From NCBI GenBank assembly GCA_044224875.1, contig JBGAJQ010000008.1, forward strand, positions 1-60,010: a stretch of DNA of 60,010 nt, in the 5' to 3' direction. The notes below the pieces were generated by a model. It was not told the origin of the DNA and made no database searches. It was given only the letters and a program-made list of their open reading frames with translations. The stretch comes from Gemmatimonadaceae bacterium (GTDB lineage Bacteria; Gemmatimonadota; Gemmatimonadetes; Gemmatimonadales; Gemmatimonadaceae). Positions within the stretch are counted from its first letter, which is position 1, and each line of letters opens with the position of its first letter. A program made the translations under genes and the position numbers. This document shows, one piece after another, positions 8,079 to 18,312 of the stretch.

Positions 8079-9932
8079 CTACGGTGTGTACTTCCGGTTC
8101 GCTGTCGTGGCGGTGCCGTTCTGTCGGAAGCCGCCGAAGGTGTGGATCTGCCCGGCGACCACCGTGCTGGCCGTGAAGCCGAGAGCTTCCGGGGCGACCG
8201 TGCGAGAAGACCACGTCTTGGCGACGCCGTCAAACCGACTCGCCGTGTTCTGGTACACGCCGGCGCTGTTCACGCCAAACAGTTGGTATACGGCGGTACC
8301 AACGGCTCCACCTGACGAGCCGACGACGGTCGACGGCGAGCCCGGGCCGCTGACCCAGGACTGCGTCGAAGTGTTGAAGCCGTCGATGGCGTTCCCCACG
8401 CCACCATTGCCACGACCACCGATCACGACGAAGTAGTTGCCCACGCCCGTCGCCATTCCCTCGCTGTGGGAATTCGTGGCGTTGGCGATGGTTGTCCAGG
8501 TATTGGTCGAAGGGGTGTAGACATAGACCTTCTTCCCATCGAAGCTGGTACCGTCAGCACCAACGGCAACGTAAATCTTGCCGGCAACCACACCAGCGGA
8601 CGCGAAGCCGATCGGTGTGGGAGCGGTGGCCCGACTCGTCCAGATGTTGGTGGCGGGATCGTACTCGAAGACCGTATTGGTGGCGCTCGTCCCGGTGTCG
8701 GCACTGAATCCGCCGATGAGGTACACCTTGCCACTCACTGCGGCGCCCGCGGCCGCCCACCGACCGGCCGGAAGTGACGCGACGGTGCTCCAGGTGTCCG
8801 TCGCACTGTTGTAGCGCTCGACGGTGCTGACCGGTGTGGTGCTGGCGTTCGGCCGGCCACCCATGACATAGACATCGGTGTTGACACTGGCGGCGGCCAG
8901 GAAGGCCCGTGCAGTCGGCATCGCCGTCTGGGTAATCCACCAGTCGCCGGGGGTGTACTTCTGTACGCTCGCCTCGATCGAAAAAGCCGTGTTGCCACCA
9001 ACCACGTAGAACTCGCCGTTCAGCACGTTGCCCGACGCGGATCCCACCGCGATGGGCATGTTGGCGCGCGCGCCCCAGCTGCCGCCCTTGGCGTCCAGGT
9101 ATTCGCTCGTATTCAGGGCACCGGCCGTGGTGTAACCCGACGCGGAGACCGCCACGTTATTGATGACCCCCGTCACGTGCGACACACGTTGCGTGAGGTG
9201 CGCTGGACCGGAGGTCCAAGCGTTCGTCGCGGGATCGTACACATCCACACCGGTGCCGGTCGTTCCATTGTCCCAGTACACCTTGTTGTTCACGGCGTAG
9301 ATGGTGCCACCGGAGTGATGTCCCGGCGAGTTGGGAAGCTGCGTCCAGGTGTTGCTGGCCGGATCGTAGCGCAGCAGTTTCCCCGTTTCGCCGCTATTGT
9401 CGCAGCCAATGCCCACGTACATCAGACTGCCGATCGCGGTCGAGCCGCCGCAGGCTCCGGGAATCGGCATCGACGCACGTGTCGTCCATGTGTTCGCCGC
9501 CGGGTCATACACGTTGAGCACCGACTGATACGCCGTGCCGTTCCAACCACCCGGCACGTAGACGAGGGAGCCTAACGTCGTGGCTCCGAGCTGCGAATTG
9601 AGCTTCGCCGGCATCGGCGCCTTCTGCGCCCAGGTGTTCGTGCTCGGCGTCCACTCCGTCACCAAATTGTAGATCTTGGTGGCGTCTGAACCGCCGATCA
9701 CGTAGAGCCGGCCATTGGCCGAGGCGGTCACCGTATACGACCGCGCCACGGGCATCGGGGCGATCGTCGTCCATTGGTTACTGGCCTGGATCGACCCGCC
9801 CGCCACGGACAGCTCAAATTCCGAGCTGGCGGCAACCGGTGCCAGCGTCGGCGACGGACTGTCGCTCGAACAGGCGCTGACGATGGCGAGAGCAAGTACC
9901 GCAACTACAGAGCGACGGCGCGAACGAATCAC
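8079..9932 (-). CDS. Kelch-repeat lipoprotein with two tandem six-bladed beta-propellers
   Basis: Lipobox-like IVSAC. About 12 repeats of YVxGG...YDPxxNTW...MP. GGAGA upstream of GTG 9932. Confidence 0.88.
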   Translation of the reverse strand: MIRSRRRSVVAVLALAIVSACSSDSPSPTLAPVAASSEFELSVAGGSIQASNQWTTIAPMPVARSYTVTASANGRLYVIGGSDATKIYNLVTEWTPSTNTWAQKAPMPAKLNSQLGATTLGSLVYVPGGWNGTAYQSVLNVYDPAANTWTTRASMPIPGACGGSTAIGSLMYVGIGCDNSGETGKLLRYDPASNTWTQLPNSPGHHSGGTIYAVNNKVYWDNGTTGTGVDVYDPATNAWTSGPAHLTQRVSHVTGVINNVAVSASGYTTAGALNTSEYLDAKGGSWGARANMPIAVGSASGNVLNGEFYVVGGNTAFSIEASVQKYTPGDWWITQTAMPTARAFLAAASVNTDVYVMGGRPNASTTPVSTVERYNSATDTWSTVASLPAGRWAAAGAAVSGKVYLIGGFSADTGTSATNTVFEYDPATNIWTSRATAPTPIGFASAGVVAGKIYVAVGADGTSFDGKKVYVYTPSTNTWTTIANATNSHSEGMATGVGNYFVVIGGRGNGGVGNAIDGFNTSTQSWVSGPGSPSTVVGSSGGAVGTAVYQLFGVNSAGVYQNTASRFDGVAKTWSSRTVAPEALGFTASTVVAGQIHTFGGFRQNGTATTANRKYTP

Positions 9933-10114
9933 GAGCTTTCTCCGGCGTGGCGATGAAAATGCGAAGGCCCCGTTCGGGGCCGTTTCGCGAGCGCGGAAAT
10001 CTCGCCGGGACAGGCGCGCGACAATGTGATATGGTTCACAAAGGGTCCAACGAGGTTGAACAAGCGCAACTCGATGATGGTCAGCGATCGAATCGTAGAT
10101 TCCCCTCGAAACAA

Positions 10115-10870
10115 ATGCCGATGACCGCACCGACTTTTCGCGCGCTCGACCCTGCGAAGATCCTCGAGACCGTGGACCGGCTCCGACAGCGCATCGAGGA
10201 GCGCTTTCCGACGGCCGGTCTGGTCAACGTCGCACGCGACTTGGGCGCACTCGGCGAACATTGCGCCGTTGAATCTGTCCGACTCGGCGTGCCGAACTGG
10301 CCACTTCGTACCGGGGCCGGCCTCCTCTTGCTGATTATGCTGGCGGGAGTCATCGCGACCGTGAGTCAGCTCTGGCCGGAGCGCTCATCCTTCGCGTCGA
10401 TCGCCGAGCTGATTCAAGCGATGGATTCGGCCGTGAATGACGCCGTGTTCCTTGGCATCGCCATCTGGTTCTTCCTGACGCTGGAGCGCCGCCTCAAGCG
10501 CCGTGTGGCACTCCGAACCATCCATCAGCTCCGCAGCGTCGCCCACATCGTCGACATGCACCAGCTGACCAAGGACCCAGAGCGGCTCATGTCCCCGCAA
10601 CCGAACACGGCATCGTCCCCTCAACGAACGATGACGCCGGACCAGCTGGGGCGGTATCTGGACTACTGTAGCGAGATGTTGAGCCTGACCAGCAAGCTCG
10701 CCGCGTTGTACGTGCAGCGATTCGACGACTCTGTCGTGCTGCAAGCCGTGAACGAGGTGGAGTCGTTGACGAACGGACTCTCTCGAAAGATCTGGCAGAA
10801 GATTTCCATTCTCGAAGCGGGAGCGGATCGTCGCGATGCCGCTACGCACACTACGGGAGGCAATTCATGA
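10115..10870 (+). CDS. Hypothetical membrane protein (2 TM)
   Basis: Clean ORF with typical codon usage and two hydrophobic segments. Its stop overlaps the next ATG (ATGA). Confidence 0.75.
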   Translation: MPMTAPTFRALDPAKILETVDRLRQRIEERFPTAGLVNVARDLGALGEHCAVESVRLGVPNWPLRTGAGLLLLIMLAGVIATVSQLWPERSSFASIAELIQAMDSAVNDAVFLGIAIWFFLTLERRLKRRVALRTIHQLRSVAHIVDMHQLTKDPERLMSPQPNTASSPQRTMTPDQLGRYLDYCSEMLSLTSKLAALYVQRFDDSVVLQAVNEVESLTNGLSRKIWQKISILEAGADRRDAATHTTGGNS

Positions 10871-11433
10871 AAGGACATCGCCGCGCCACCCGCACGATCA
10901 TCATGGGCCTCACTCGGCTGCTGACAGCCCTCATCGTGACGACGTCACCGGTCGCCGCGGGGGCGCAGGTCCAACGCGTCACGATTCAACTGCCGGGCTA
11001 CGGGGCGCCGATTTTTCTTGACACGTTGGGGACGTGGAGGGACGTGCCGGGAGGTGCAGACTCGGTCTACCAGATTCTTCGATCCGTGTACGCCGACCTC
11101 ATGATCCCGACGAACCTCACGGACTCCGCCACTCGTTATGTCGGGGCGACCAACTACAAGAAAACGCGGACGCTGGCCGGCGGGCCGATGTCGCGTTTGG
11201 TGGAGTGCGGATCTGGTATTACCGGACCAAACGCCGATTCGTATCGCATCCATCTGGCCGTGGTCTCGCGTGTTGAAATAGGAGATGGCGGAAAGTCGCG
11301 AATTCGCACGGCGGTGGTGGCCGCGGGCGAGGACATTAGCGGACCTTCCAAGGACCCCATCCCCTGCGGCAGTACTGGCAACCTGGAGGCGCGCATTCAC
11401 GATCTGGTTATCCAACGCATGCGCGCTCGCTAG
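10867..11433 (+). CDS. Hypothetical secreted protein
   Basis: GGGAGG RBS, signal-peptide-like N-terminus, a Cys pair (VECG...IPCG), translational coupling with the upstream gene. Confidence 0.75.
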   Translation: MKGHRRATRTIIMGLTRLLTALIVTTSPVAAGAQVQRVTIQLPGYGAPIFLDTLGTWRDVPGGADSVYQILRSVYADLMIPTNLTDSATRYVGATNYKKTRTLAGGPMSRLVECGSGITGPNADSYRIHLAVVSRVEIGDGGKSRIRTAVVAAGEDISGPSKDPIPCGSTGNLEARIHDLVIQRMRAR

Positions 11434-11489
11434 TCGACGGAGGATCAGGACCGTTGCTCGCGCGGTTGACGGGCCTGTATTGTGTGCGC

Positions 11490-12257
11490 GTGGAACGTCT
11501 CCTGATCGTCGAATCGCCAAGAGGTCGCGCGCCGCGCCGCCGTAGCTACCGAATGCTCGCGCTGACTGGGTTGGCGATGGTGCTAGCGCACGCGCGGGCG
11601 ATCTTGGCGCAACGGCCGCCACTGACGCCGTTTTCGGCACGAAAGGCCGAGTCGCTCCTGCGAACACAGTTGCCATGCCTTGGGTGCCACACGTTGCGCG
11701 GTGAGGGGGGGGCAATCGGTCCCGACCTCACAACGGTGCGCGAGCGTCGGTCCGCCGCGTACATAGCGGCCATGGTGGAGGATCCGCAGGTCGTAGTTCC
11801 GGGATCGGCGATGCCCAAGACGGCCATGACGTCGGCGCTGCGCGACCTGATTGTGGCGTATCTCAGTGCGTTGCCGGCGCGAACGCCAGCAGCGGCGGAC
11901 GCGGCGGTTCCGTCGCCTAACGCCGTGGCGTCGCCTGGCGGGGGGGAAGCCCTCTACCAGCGATGGTGTGTGTCGTGTCACGGGGAAAAAGGAGCGGGCG
12001 ACGGCCCGAACGCCAAGCACCTTCCGGTGGCCCCCGCGGCGCACGCGTCGCGCGAGGCCATGGAGCGACGCTCCGACGATGCGTTGTACGACACGATCTC
12101 CGGTGGTGGAGCGATCATGAACCGGAGTCCGCGCATGCCCGCCTTTGGTGCGACCCTGTCGGATGCGCAGATCCGTGACCTCGTCTCGTACATCCGGACG
12201 CTGTGTCGCTGTCAGGGGCCGGCCTGGTCCCGGGAAGCTCGAGAGGTCAAACCGTGA
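11490..12257 (+). CDS. Diheme c-type cytochrome
   Basis: CLGCH with distal SAMP and CVSCH with distal RMPAF, plus a signal-like segment. Start is uncertain (GTG 11490 or ATG 11553). Confidence 0.9.
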   Translation: MERLLIVESPRGRAPRRRSYRMLALTGLAMVLAHARAILAQRPPLTPFSARKAESLLRTQLPCLGCHTLRGEGGAIGPDLTTVRERRSAAYIAAMVEDPQVVVPGSAMPKTAMTSALRDLIVAYLSALPARTPAAADAAVPSPNAVASPGGGEALYQRWCVSCHGEKGAGDGPNAKHLPVAPAAHASREAMERRSDDALYDTISGGGAIMNRSPRMPAFGATLSDAQIRDLVSYIRTLCRCQGPAWSREAREVKP

Positions 12258-14689
12258 CTCGGAAGCGGGGCAAGAAGGGAGCTGGCCGGCCAGCCACCCC
12301 GCGCGACACGGGGGGCGAGCCTCGCGGGGTTTCGAAGGTCGGGACTGGCGCCGCGGGACCGCGGCTCACGCGGAACCGGCTGGCCCTGTTGCTGCTGGCG
12401 GTTGGCGGACTCGCGATCGCCGGGGTGTTGACCGTTTGGCCGCCATGGCGGGCTGTGGGTACTTCGGCCGACGCTTCGTTGCCGGCACCGAAGACGACTT
12501 TTCAGGATGCCGCCATCGCCGACAGCGACTTTGTGGGGTCGGCGGCCTGTGCCTCCTGCCATGCCACGCAGTACGCGGCGTGGTCTCGCTCCACACACGG
12601 CACGGCCGGGGGGTTGCCGGGCTCCGTGCGCGTGCTCGGCAGCTTCAACGGTGTGCCCATACGCTTCAAGGATGCCGTGGTTACGCCGTCCAGCAGTGGT
12701 GGGCGGCCGACCTTCACGATTCGTCAGGTTGGTCGCGCCGATCGCGTGATCCGCGTCGATGGCATCATTGGCGGTGGCCACATGGAGGGGGGAGGGACGC
12801 AGGGGTTTGTGACCCGCGTGGACGACGGGACGTACCGTTTTGTGCCCTTTGACTTCTCTCGGCACTCCAACACCTGGTTCTGCAACACGATTGGTCGCGG
12901 CAATCGCGGGTGGGTCCCGATCACCCCCGACCTGTCGATCACGGCCTGCGTAGACTGGCCCCCATCGCGAGCGTTAGGCGACGAGACGCGCTTCAGCAAT
13001 TGTGCGTCCTGCCATGGTAGCCAGATTGTCACTCGTCCCGACAGCGGCGCGCAGGGGTATCGCACACGCTTTACCGCGTTGAACATCAATTGCGAGTCCT
13101 GCCACGGCCCCGGCCGGCAGCACATCGCCTTGGCCGGGGATCCCACCGCGGTCGCCAGCGGCAACCTTGCGGTCGCCGCGCTCGCGACATACTCGAAGGA
13201 CTCATCGTTAGGTGTCTGCTGGCAGTGCCATGCCCTCAAGGACCAGCTTCGCCCCAATTTCGTGTCGGGCAAGCCGTTGGAGGCCTACTATTCCATTCGA
13301 ACGCCGCAACTCGGCGATGCGGCGTACCTGCCGGACGGTCGCGTGCGCACGTTCGCTTACCAACAGGGGCACCTCTACAGCGACTGCTACGTGAATGGCG
13401 GCATGACGTGCACCTCCTGCCACGATCCGCACTCGCAACAGTACCGAGACGTGGTTGGCAATCCCCTGCCCGGCCGATTCGATGACCGCCAGTGTACGAG
13501 CTGTCATGCCAGCAAGGCGGCCAAGCCCACACAACATACGAAGCACGCGGCGACCTCCCCGGGTAGTCGTTGCACCTCATGCCACATGCCGTACCTGCAG
13601 GAGCCAGAAATCGGCACGGCCATCCGGTACTCCCGGTCGGACCATGCCATTCCGATCCCCCGCCCCGCGTTTGACTCGTCGTTGGGCGTGGTCAGCGCAT
13701 GCAAAACTTGTCACGAGAACAAGACCGAGTCGGCGTTGAACGCCCAGATGGTCGCATGGTACGGTGAGATCAAGCCGCATCCGCGGGCGATCGACGCTCT
13801 GGTGCGCGCCCGAACGCTCACCGATCGCTCTGAGGTGGCCCGACTCCTGTTGGTGCCTGACGAGCGCCTGACCGCCGTGTTGTTCGACGGCATGGCGTAC
13901 TTCCTCGATCATCACCTCGAGGCCGACATGGATGGGCTAGAGCGTGATGCGGTCGCACGACTGACGCAGCTGACGAAGCATGCGGACCTGGATGTTCGTG
14001 CGCTGGCGTTGGCATCGCTCCATTACGCGGATGGAAACGATGCCGATGTCCACGCGACCTTGGTATCCGCCTTGGAGCAAGCTGGCCGCGACGAGCCGAA
14101 CCTTCGGGCGCGGTGGGCGGTCATCCTCGGCTACCTGGCAGACAAGGCGAGAAACAACGGCCAGTCCGCGGCCGCCATTACCACCTATCGTAAGGCAATT
14201 GCGGTGGCGCCGAGCAATCCGAAGTTGTACCTGAACCTCGGCCTGGCGTACGTGCAAGCGCGTGACCTCGCCAATGCGATTGCCGAATATCGGCGCTCAC
14301 TCGAGCTGGATCCTCGTCAGGGGCTCGCGCTCATCAACCTTGGGATCGCCCTCGACGAGCGGGGGAGTCCAGCGGAGGCCGCCGCGGCGTACCGTAAGGC
14401 CTTGGCCCTCAATCCGCGCGACCCCATGGCGAACTTCAACCTCGGCAACATCTACCTCAGGGCCGAGGACTGGACCCAGGCGGCCGCGCAGTATGAACGA
14501 ACAGTGGCGGCCGACCCATCGATCGCCGTGGCCCACTTCTATCTGGCGCGCGCGAGACTACGTCTTGGGGACACCCGGGAATCGCTCCGCCAGGTAGAAC
14601 TCGGACTCGAGTTCGATCCATCGAACGAGGAAGGGCTTCGCGCCAGGGACCAGTTGCGCCTGATGGTGGAGTCTGGGCGCGGTGACTGA
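12254..14689 (+). CDS. Membrane-anchored octaheme c-type cytochrome with C-terminal helical/TPR repeats
   Basis: Eight CxxCH motifs (CASCH x2, CESCH, CWQCH, CTSCH x3, CKTCH). TPRs such as LYLNLGLAY and ANFNLGNIY. GTGA overlap with the diheme gene. Confidence 0.92.
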   Translation: MTRKRGKKGAGRPATPRDTGGEPRGVSKVGTGAAGPRLTRNRLALLLLAVGGLAIAGVLTVWPPWRAVGTSADASLPAPKTTFQDAAIADSDFVGSAACASCHATQYAAWSRSTHGTAGGLPGSVRVLGSFNGVPIRFKDAVVTPSSSGGRPTFTIRQVGRADRVIRVDGIIGGGHMEGGGTQGFVTRVDDGTYRFVPFDFSRHSNTWFCNTIGRGNRGWVPITPDLSITACVDWPPSRALGDETRFSNCASCHGSQIVTRPDSGAQGYRTRFTALNINCESCHGPGRQHIALAGDPTAVASGNLAVAALATYSKDSSLGVCWQCHALKDQLRPNFVSGKPLEAYYSIRTPQLGDAAYLPDGRVRTFAYQQGHLYSDCYVNGGMTCTSCHDPHSQQYRDVVGNPLPGRFDDRQCTSCHASKAAKPTQHTKHAATSPGSRCTSCHMPYLQEPEIGTAIRYSRSDHAIPIPRPAFDSSLGVVSACKTCHENKTESALNAQMVAWYGEIKPHPRAIDALVRARTLTDRSEVARLLLVPDERLTAVLFDGMAYFLDHHLEADMDGLERDAVARLTQLTKHADLDVRALALASLHYADGNDADVHATLVSALEQAGRDEPNLRARWAVILGYLADKARNNGQSAAAITTYRKAIAVAPSNPKLYLNLGLAYVQARDLANAIAEYRRSLELDPRQGLALINLGIALDERGSPAEAAAAYRKALALNPRDPMANFNLGNIYLRAEDWTQAAAQYERTVAADPSIAVAHFYLARARLRLGDTRESLRQVELGLEFDPSNEEGLRARDQLRLMVESGRGD

Positions 14690-15171
14690 CGGGTTGACCG
14701 GCGCTTTGGAGCTGGCGGAGGGAGCAGCGCCTGGGCATGGCGCCTCACCGCCGCCATCACGGCTTGCACGTCTTCCGGGTTAACCGACCCGCGTACCTCG
14801 TCGAAGTCCTTGTCCGCGGCGAACAAACGCCACGTGCTCCCCGTTTCGTCGTCGCGACGGGTGAACGAAAACGACCCCACGGTCACGCCTGGCTCTTCTA
14901 GCGTCACGCGCCACTCTTGCGGCACCCGACGTGCACGTCGCCTCGCGCGCGTCACCGATGCCACTGAGTCCGCAAACCGTTTGGCGTCTCGAGCCAGCAC
15001 GACAAGAACGACCGTCCGGGCCGCATCGGCAACCGCCAGTCGAACCCGAGACGAGTCGGCAGCTGCGACTTCAATCGCCAATTCGCCGACCAGGAGCCGC
15101 GAGGTCGCCGGGATCGCCTGTGCGCGGAGGACGGCCGGCGCGAGCATGAGGATCGCGGGACCGGTGACCAA
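14539..15171 (-). CDS. Hypothetical protein, possibly secreted
   Basis: Fills the gap between the cytochrome and TonB receptor genes and has a signal-like N-terminus. Its 3' end overlaps the octaheme gene by about 150 nt, so the boundaries are doubtful. Confidence 0.5.
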   Translation of the reverse strand: MVTGPAILMLAPAVLRAQAIPATSRLLVGELAIEVAAADSSRVRLAVADAARTVVLVVLARDAKRFADSVASVTRARRRARRVPQEWRVTLEEPGVTVGSFSFTRRDDETGSTWRLFAADKDFDEVRGSVNPEDVQAVMAAVRRHAQALLPPPAPKRRSTRQSPRPDSTIRRNWSLARSPSSFDGSNSSPSSTWRSDSRVSPRRSLARAR

Positions 15172-15327
15172 TCGGCGGATGGCGCCGCGACAACGACGTG
15201 CGTGGCGGATGGGTTAGCCTCCTAGGCAGGATTCTTTCGTCAACAAGATATGGCGTAACTGCTGGGCCGGGCGCAATTTTCCCCCCGTCGTACCTCCATC
15301 TTCCTCCTCCTTCGTTCGAGGTTTCTG

Positions 15328-18198
15328 ATGCTCGATTCTCGGCTCCGCCGTCTCGTCTTCGCGCTGGTCGTGGCCGCTGCGGCGCGCCCCGCGCTGGCGC
15401 AGACCGGCGCAATCGCGGGCAAGGTCACAGATACTGGAACTGGCGCTCCGATCCTGGCGGCGCGAGTTACGGCACAGGCCGGAGACCGGGTCGTTGGGGT
15501 CGCGACCTCGCGTGATGATGGGTCGTTCCGCATTGCGAATCTCGCGGCAGGCACCTACGCCGTGGTCGTGACCCGCATTGGTTTCTCGCTCAAGCGGACG
15601 GAAGGTGTGCAGGTGACCGCCGGCGGTACGGCGACGGTCAACGTGCAGATGACCGAGATTGTGACCGAGCTGAACCCGGTGGTGACCTCGGCCTCTCGAA
15701 AGGAAGAAAAGGCACTGGATGCGCCCGCCTCCGTGGCCGTCATTGACGTGCGCGAAATTCAGGAGCGTACCTCGGCGACGGTCGCTGACCACGTGGAGGG
15801 CTTGGCTGGCGTCGACGTCAGCCGCAACGGTGTCGCCGCCTCCAACATTGTCGCCCGCGGCTTCAACAACGCATTCTCCGGCTCCATCCTGCAATTGCAG
15901 GACTATCGCTTCGCCGGAGTGCCTTCGTTGCGCGTGAACGTGCCCTTCCTGGCCACGGCGACGAACGAAGACATCGAGCGCGTGGAGGTGCTGCTTGGCC
16001 CCGCCTCGGCGCTCTACGGCCCCAACTCGTCACATGGTGTGTTGCATGTGATCACGAAGTCGCCTTTCACGTCACAGGGCACGACGCTCACCGTCGACGG
16101 CGGCACGCGCTCCTTGTTCCGCGGGGCGTTACGGCACGCGGGACTGATGAGCGACAAGGTGGGCTACAAGCTGTCGGGGGAGTATTTCCGTGCCAATGAC
16201 TGGGAATACAAGGACCCCGCCGAACCGGCGATCTTCCCGACGTCAGCACCCGCTGGCCGCGCCGGGCTTCCGAACGTCCGCGACTACGGACTCGAGCGAT
16301 TGGCCGGCGAGGCCCGCCTGGACATTCGCCCAACAGACAACTCGGAATTCGTGTCGACGATCGGCATGACGAAGCTGGGAAGCGGCATGGAGTTCACAGG
16401 TGCTAACGGCACCGCCCAGGTGAAGAACTGGAGCTACACCAGCCTGCAGCAGCGCATGCGTGTGGGCCGGCTTTTCGCCCAGCTCTTTGCGAACCTCAGC
16501 AACGCCGGCAATGACAACGGAACCGACCTTACGGGCACCTACCTGCTCCGAAGCGGCCAGCCGATCGTCGACCAGTCGCGAGTGTTTGCCGCGCAGCTCC
16601 AACACGGGTTCTCGCTCGCCAAGGGCCGCCAGGACTTCGTCTACGGGCTCGACTACATCAGTACCGACCCGCGGACGGGCAACACGATCAACGGTCGCAA
16701 CGAGGACATCGACAAGGTTCGGGAGGTCGGCGGCTACATCCAGTCGACGTCTCAGCTCAGCTCCATGTGGGACTTTGTCGCCGCGGCCCGCGTCGACAAC
16801 AACGACCAGATCGAGGGCAACCAGTTCTCGCCGCGCGTGGCGCTCATCTTCAAGCCGAACGCCACGAACAACTTCCGCGTGACGTTCAACCGCGCCTTCT
16901 CGACGCCGGCGAACTTTACCTGGTTCCTCGACCTGATCCAGGCCGCCAACGTCGGTGGGTCTCCGTACAATGTTCGCGCGTTAGGCAACCCGCCCAAGAC
17001 CGGATGGTCGTTCAATCGCACCTGCAACGCGGCGGTCAGCGGCGGACTGTGCATGCGCACCGTGTTCGCCGGCGCCCAGAATACCAACACCTGGTTGCCG
17101 GCGTCGTCCACCGTGGCGTTGCCGGGTCTCGTGAATTCCCAAGCCGCGGCGTTGCAGGCCGGTATCACGGCTGCGTTGCAGGGGGCCGGACTGTCCGCCG
17201 CCCAAGCCGCGGGTATCGCTGCCGCGGCCACGAACTATATGAAGACGCTGACGCCTACGCCCACCGATGTCTCCACGCGCCTGGCGTACCTGACGGATCC
17301 GCTCAGCAGCAACCTCGCCCCCACGTCGATCGCCGACATCTCGCCGCTCAAGGCATCGTACAACAACACCATCGAACTCGGCTACAAGGGCATCATTGCC
17401 AACAAGCTGCGCTTGGCGGTGGACTTCTGGTCGGAAAAGCGCGGTGACGTGGGCAACCCCGCCGGACTGGCGACGCCGACGGTTTACGCGGATAGCACGA
17501 CGCTGGCCAACTACCTCACGACCAAGCTCGGGCCGGTGCTGGGTCAGGCGGGTGTTCCCGCGCAGCTGTTGCCGATCGTTGCGGCTGGCATTGGCCGGAC
17601 GGTGGCCAACACAGCCAAGAGCGTCCCGCTCGGCATCGTCTCGTTCAACAGTGACGCCTTCGCCAGCGCGACCGACGTGTACGCCACGTACACCTCGTAC
17701 AACAAGGAGATCACCGTCCAGGGCATCGACCTCGCCCTCGACTACGTGGCAACGAACAAGTTGTCGATCTCAGGAACGTACAGTTGGGTGAGTGACCTCA
17801 TCTTCCCCGGCGTGTCCAGCAGCAACGGACTGGCCCTGATGTTGAACGCTCCCGACAACAAGGCATCGCTCGGCGTGCGGTATCGCGATGAGGCCAAGGG
17901 TTGGGGATGGGATATTCGCGGCCGTTACTTCAACGGCTATCCGGTGAACTCGGGCGTGTACGCCACCAATTTTGCCTTCCCCGACCCATCGGTGGCCAAC
18001 AAGACGTACATGTACGAGCCGATCAAGACCTCGGCATTGGTGGACTTGGGGTTGAACTGGCGTCTGCCGTTCGCCGGCGCGAAGGAGTTCATGTGGTCGA
18101 TCAACGCCGACAACGTGTTCAACCACGGCTATCGCACGCTGCCGGGTGCCCCGCTGATCGGTCGCATGGTGATGACCCGACTGCAGTACTCGTTCTAG
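15328..18198 (+). CDS. TonB-dependent receptor with an N-terminal carboxypeptidase-regulatory-like domain
   Basis: Signal peptide, GAIAGKVTD domain, TonB-box-like VVTSASR, plug motif IERVEVLLGPASALYG, C-terminal RLQYSF. Confidence 0.95.
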   Translation: MLDSRLRRLVFALVVAAAARPALAQTGAIAGKVTDTGTGAPILAARVTAQAGDRVVGVATSRDDGSFRIANLAAGTYAVVVTRIGFSLKRTEGVQVTAGGTATVNVQMTEIVTELNPVVTSASRKEEKALDAPASVAVIDVREIQERTSATVADHVEGLAGVDVSRNGVAASNIVARGFNNAFSGSILQLQDYRFAGVPSLRVNVPFLATATNEDIERVEVLLGPASALYGPNSSHGVLHVITKSPFTSQGTTLTVDGGTRSLFRGALRHAGLMSDKVGYKLSGEYFRANDWEYKDPAEPAIFPTSAPAGRAGLPNVRDYGLERLAGEARLDIRPTDNSEFVSTIGMTKLGSGMEFTGANGTAQVKNWSYTSLQQRMRVGRLFAQLFANLSNAGNDNGTDLTGTYLLRSGQPIVDQSRVFAAQLQHGFSLAKGRQDFVYGLDYISTDPRTGNTINGRNEDIDKVREVGGYIQSTSQLSSMWDFVAAARVDNNDQIEGNQFSPRVALIFKPNATNNFRVTFNRAFSTPANFTWFLDLIQAANVGGSPYNVRALGNPPKTGWSFNRTCNAAVSGGLCMRTVFAGAQNTNTWLPASSTVALPGLVNSQAAALQAGITAALQGAGLSAAQAAGIAAAATNYMKTLTPTPTDVSTRLAYLTDPLSSNLAPTSIADISPLKASYNNTIELGYKGIIANKLRLAVDFWSEKRGDVGNPAGLATPTVYADSTTLANYLTTKLGPVLGQAGVPAQLLPIVAAGIGRTVANTAKSVPLGIVSFNSDAFASATDVYATYTSYNKEITVQGIDLALDYVATNKLSISGTYSWVSDLIFPGVSSSNGLALMLNAPDNKASLGVRYRDEAKGWGWDIRGRYFNGYPVNSGVYATNFAFPDPSVANKTYMYEPIKTSALVDLGLNWRLPFAGAKEFMWSINADNVFNHGYRTLPGAPLIGRMVMTRLQYSF

Positions 18199-18231
18199 CG
18201 GGACGCGCCGGTTTCGGCGCGAGGCGGACAG

Positions 18232-18268
18232 GTCAACGGCCGGGCATATGCCTGGCCGTTGACGTTTT
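18232..18268 (+). terminator. Intrinsic terminator candidate after the TonB receptor
   Basis: GTCAACGGCCGGGC-ATAT-GCCTGGCCGTTGAC stem (one G-U pair) followed by GTTTT. Confidence 0.7.
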
Positions 18269-18312
18269 GCCCATCCACGCTTCTCTTACCGGGCCACGCT
18301 GCAACGACACTC

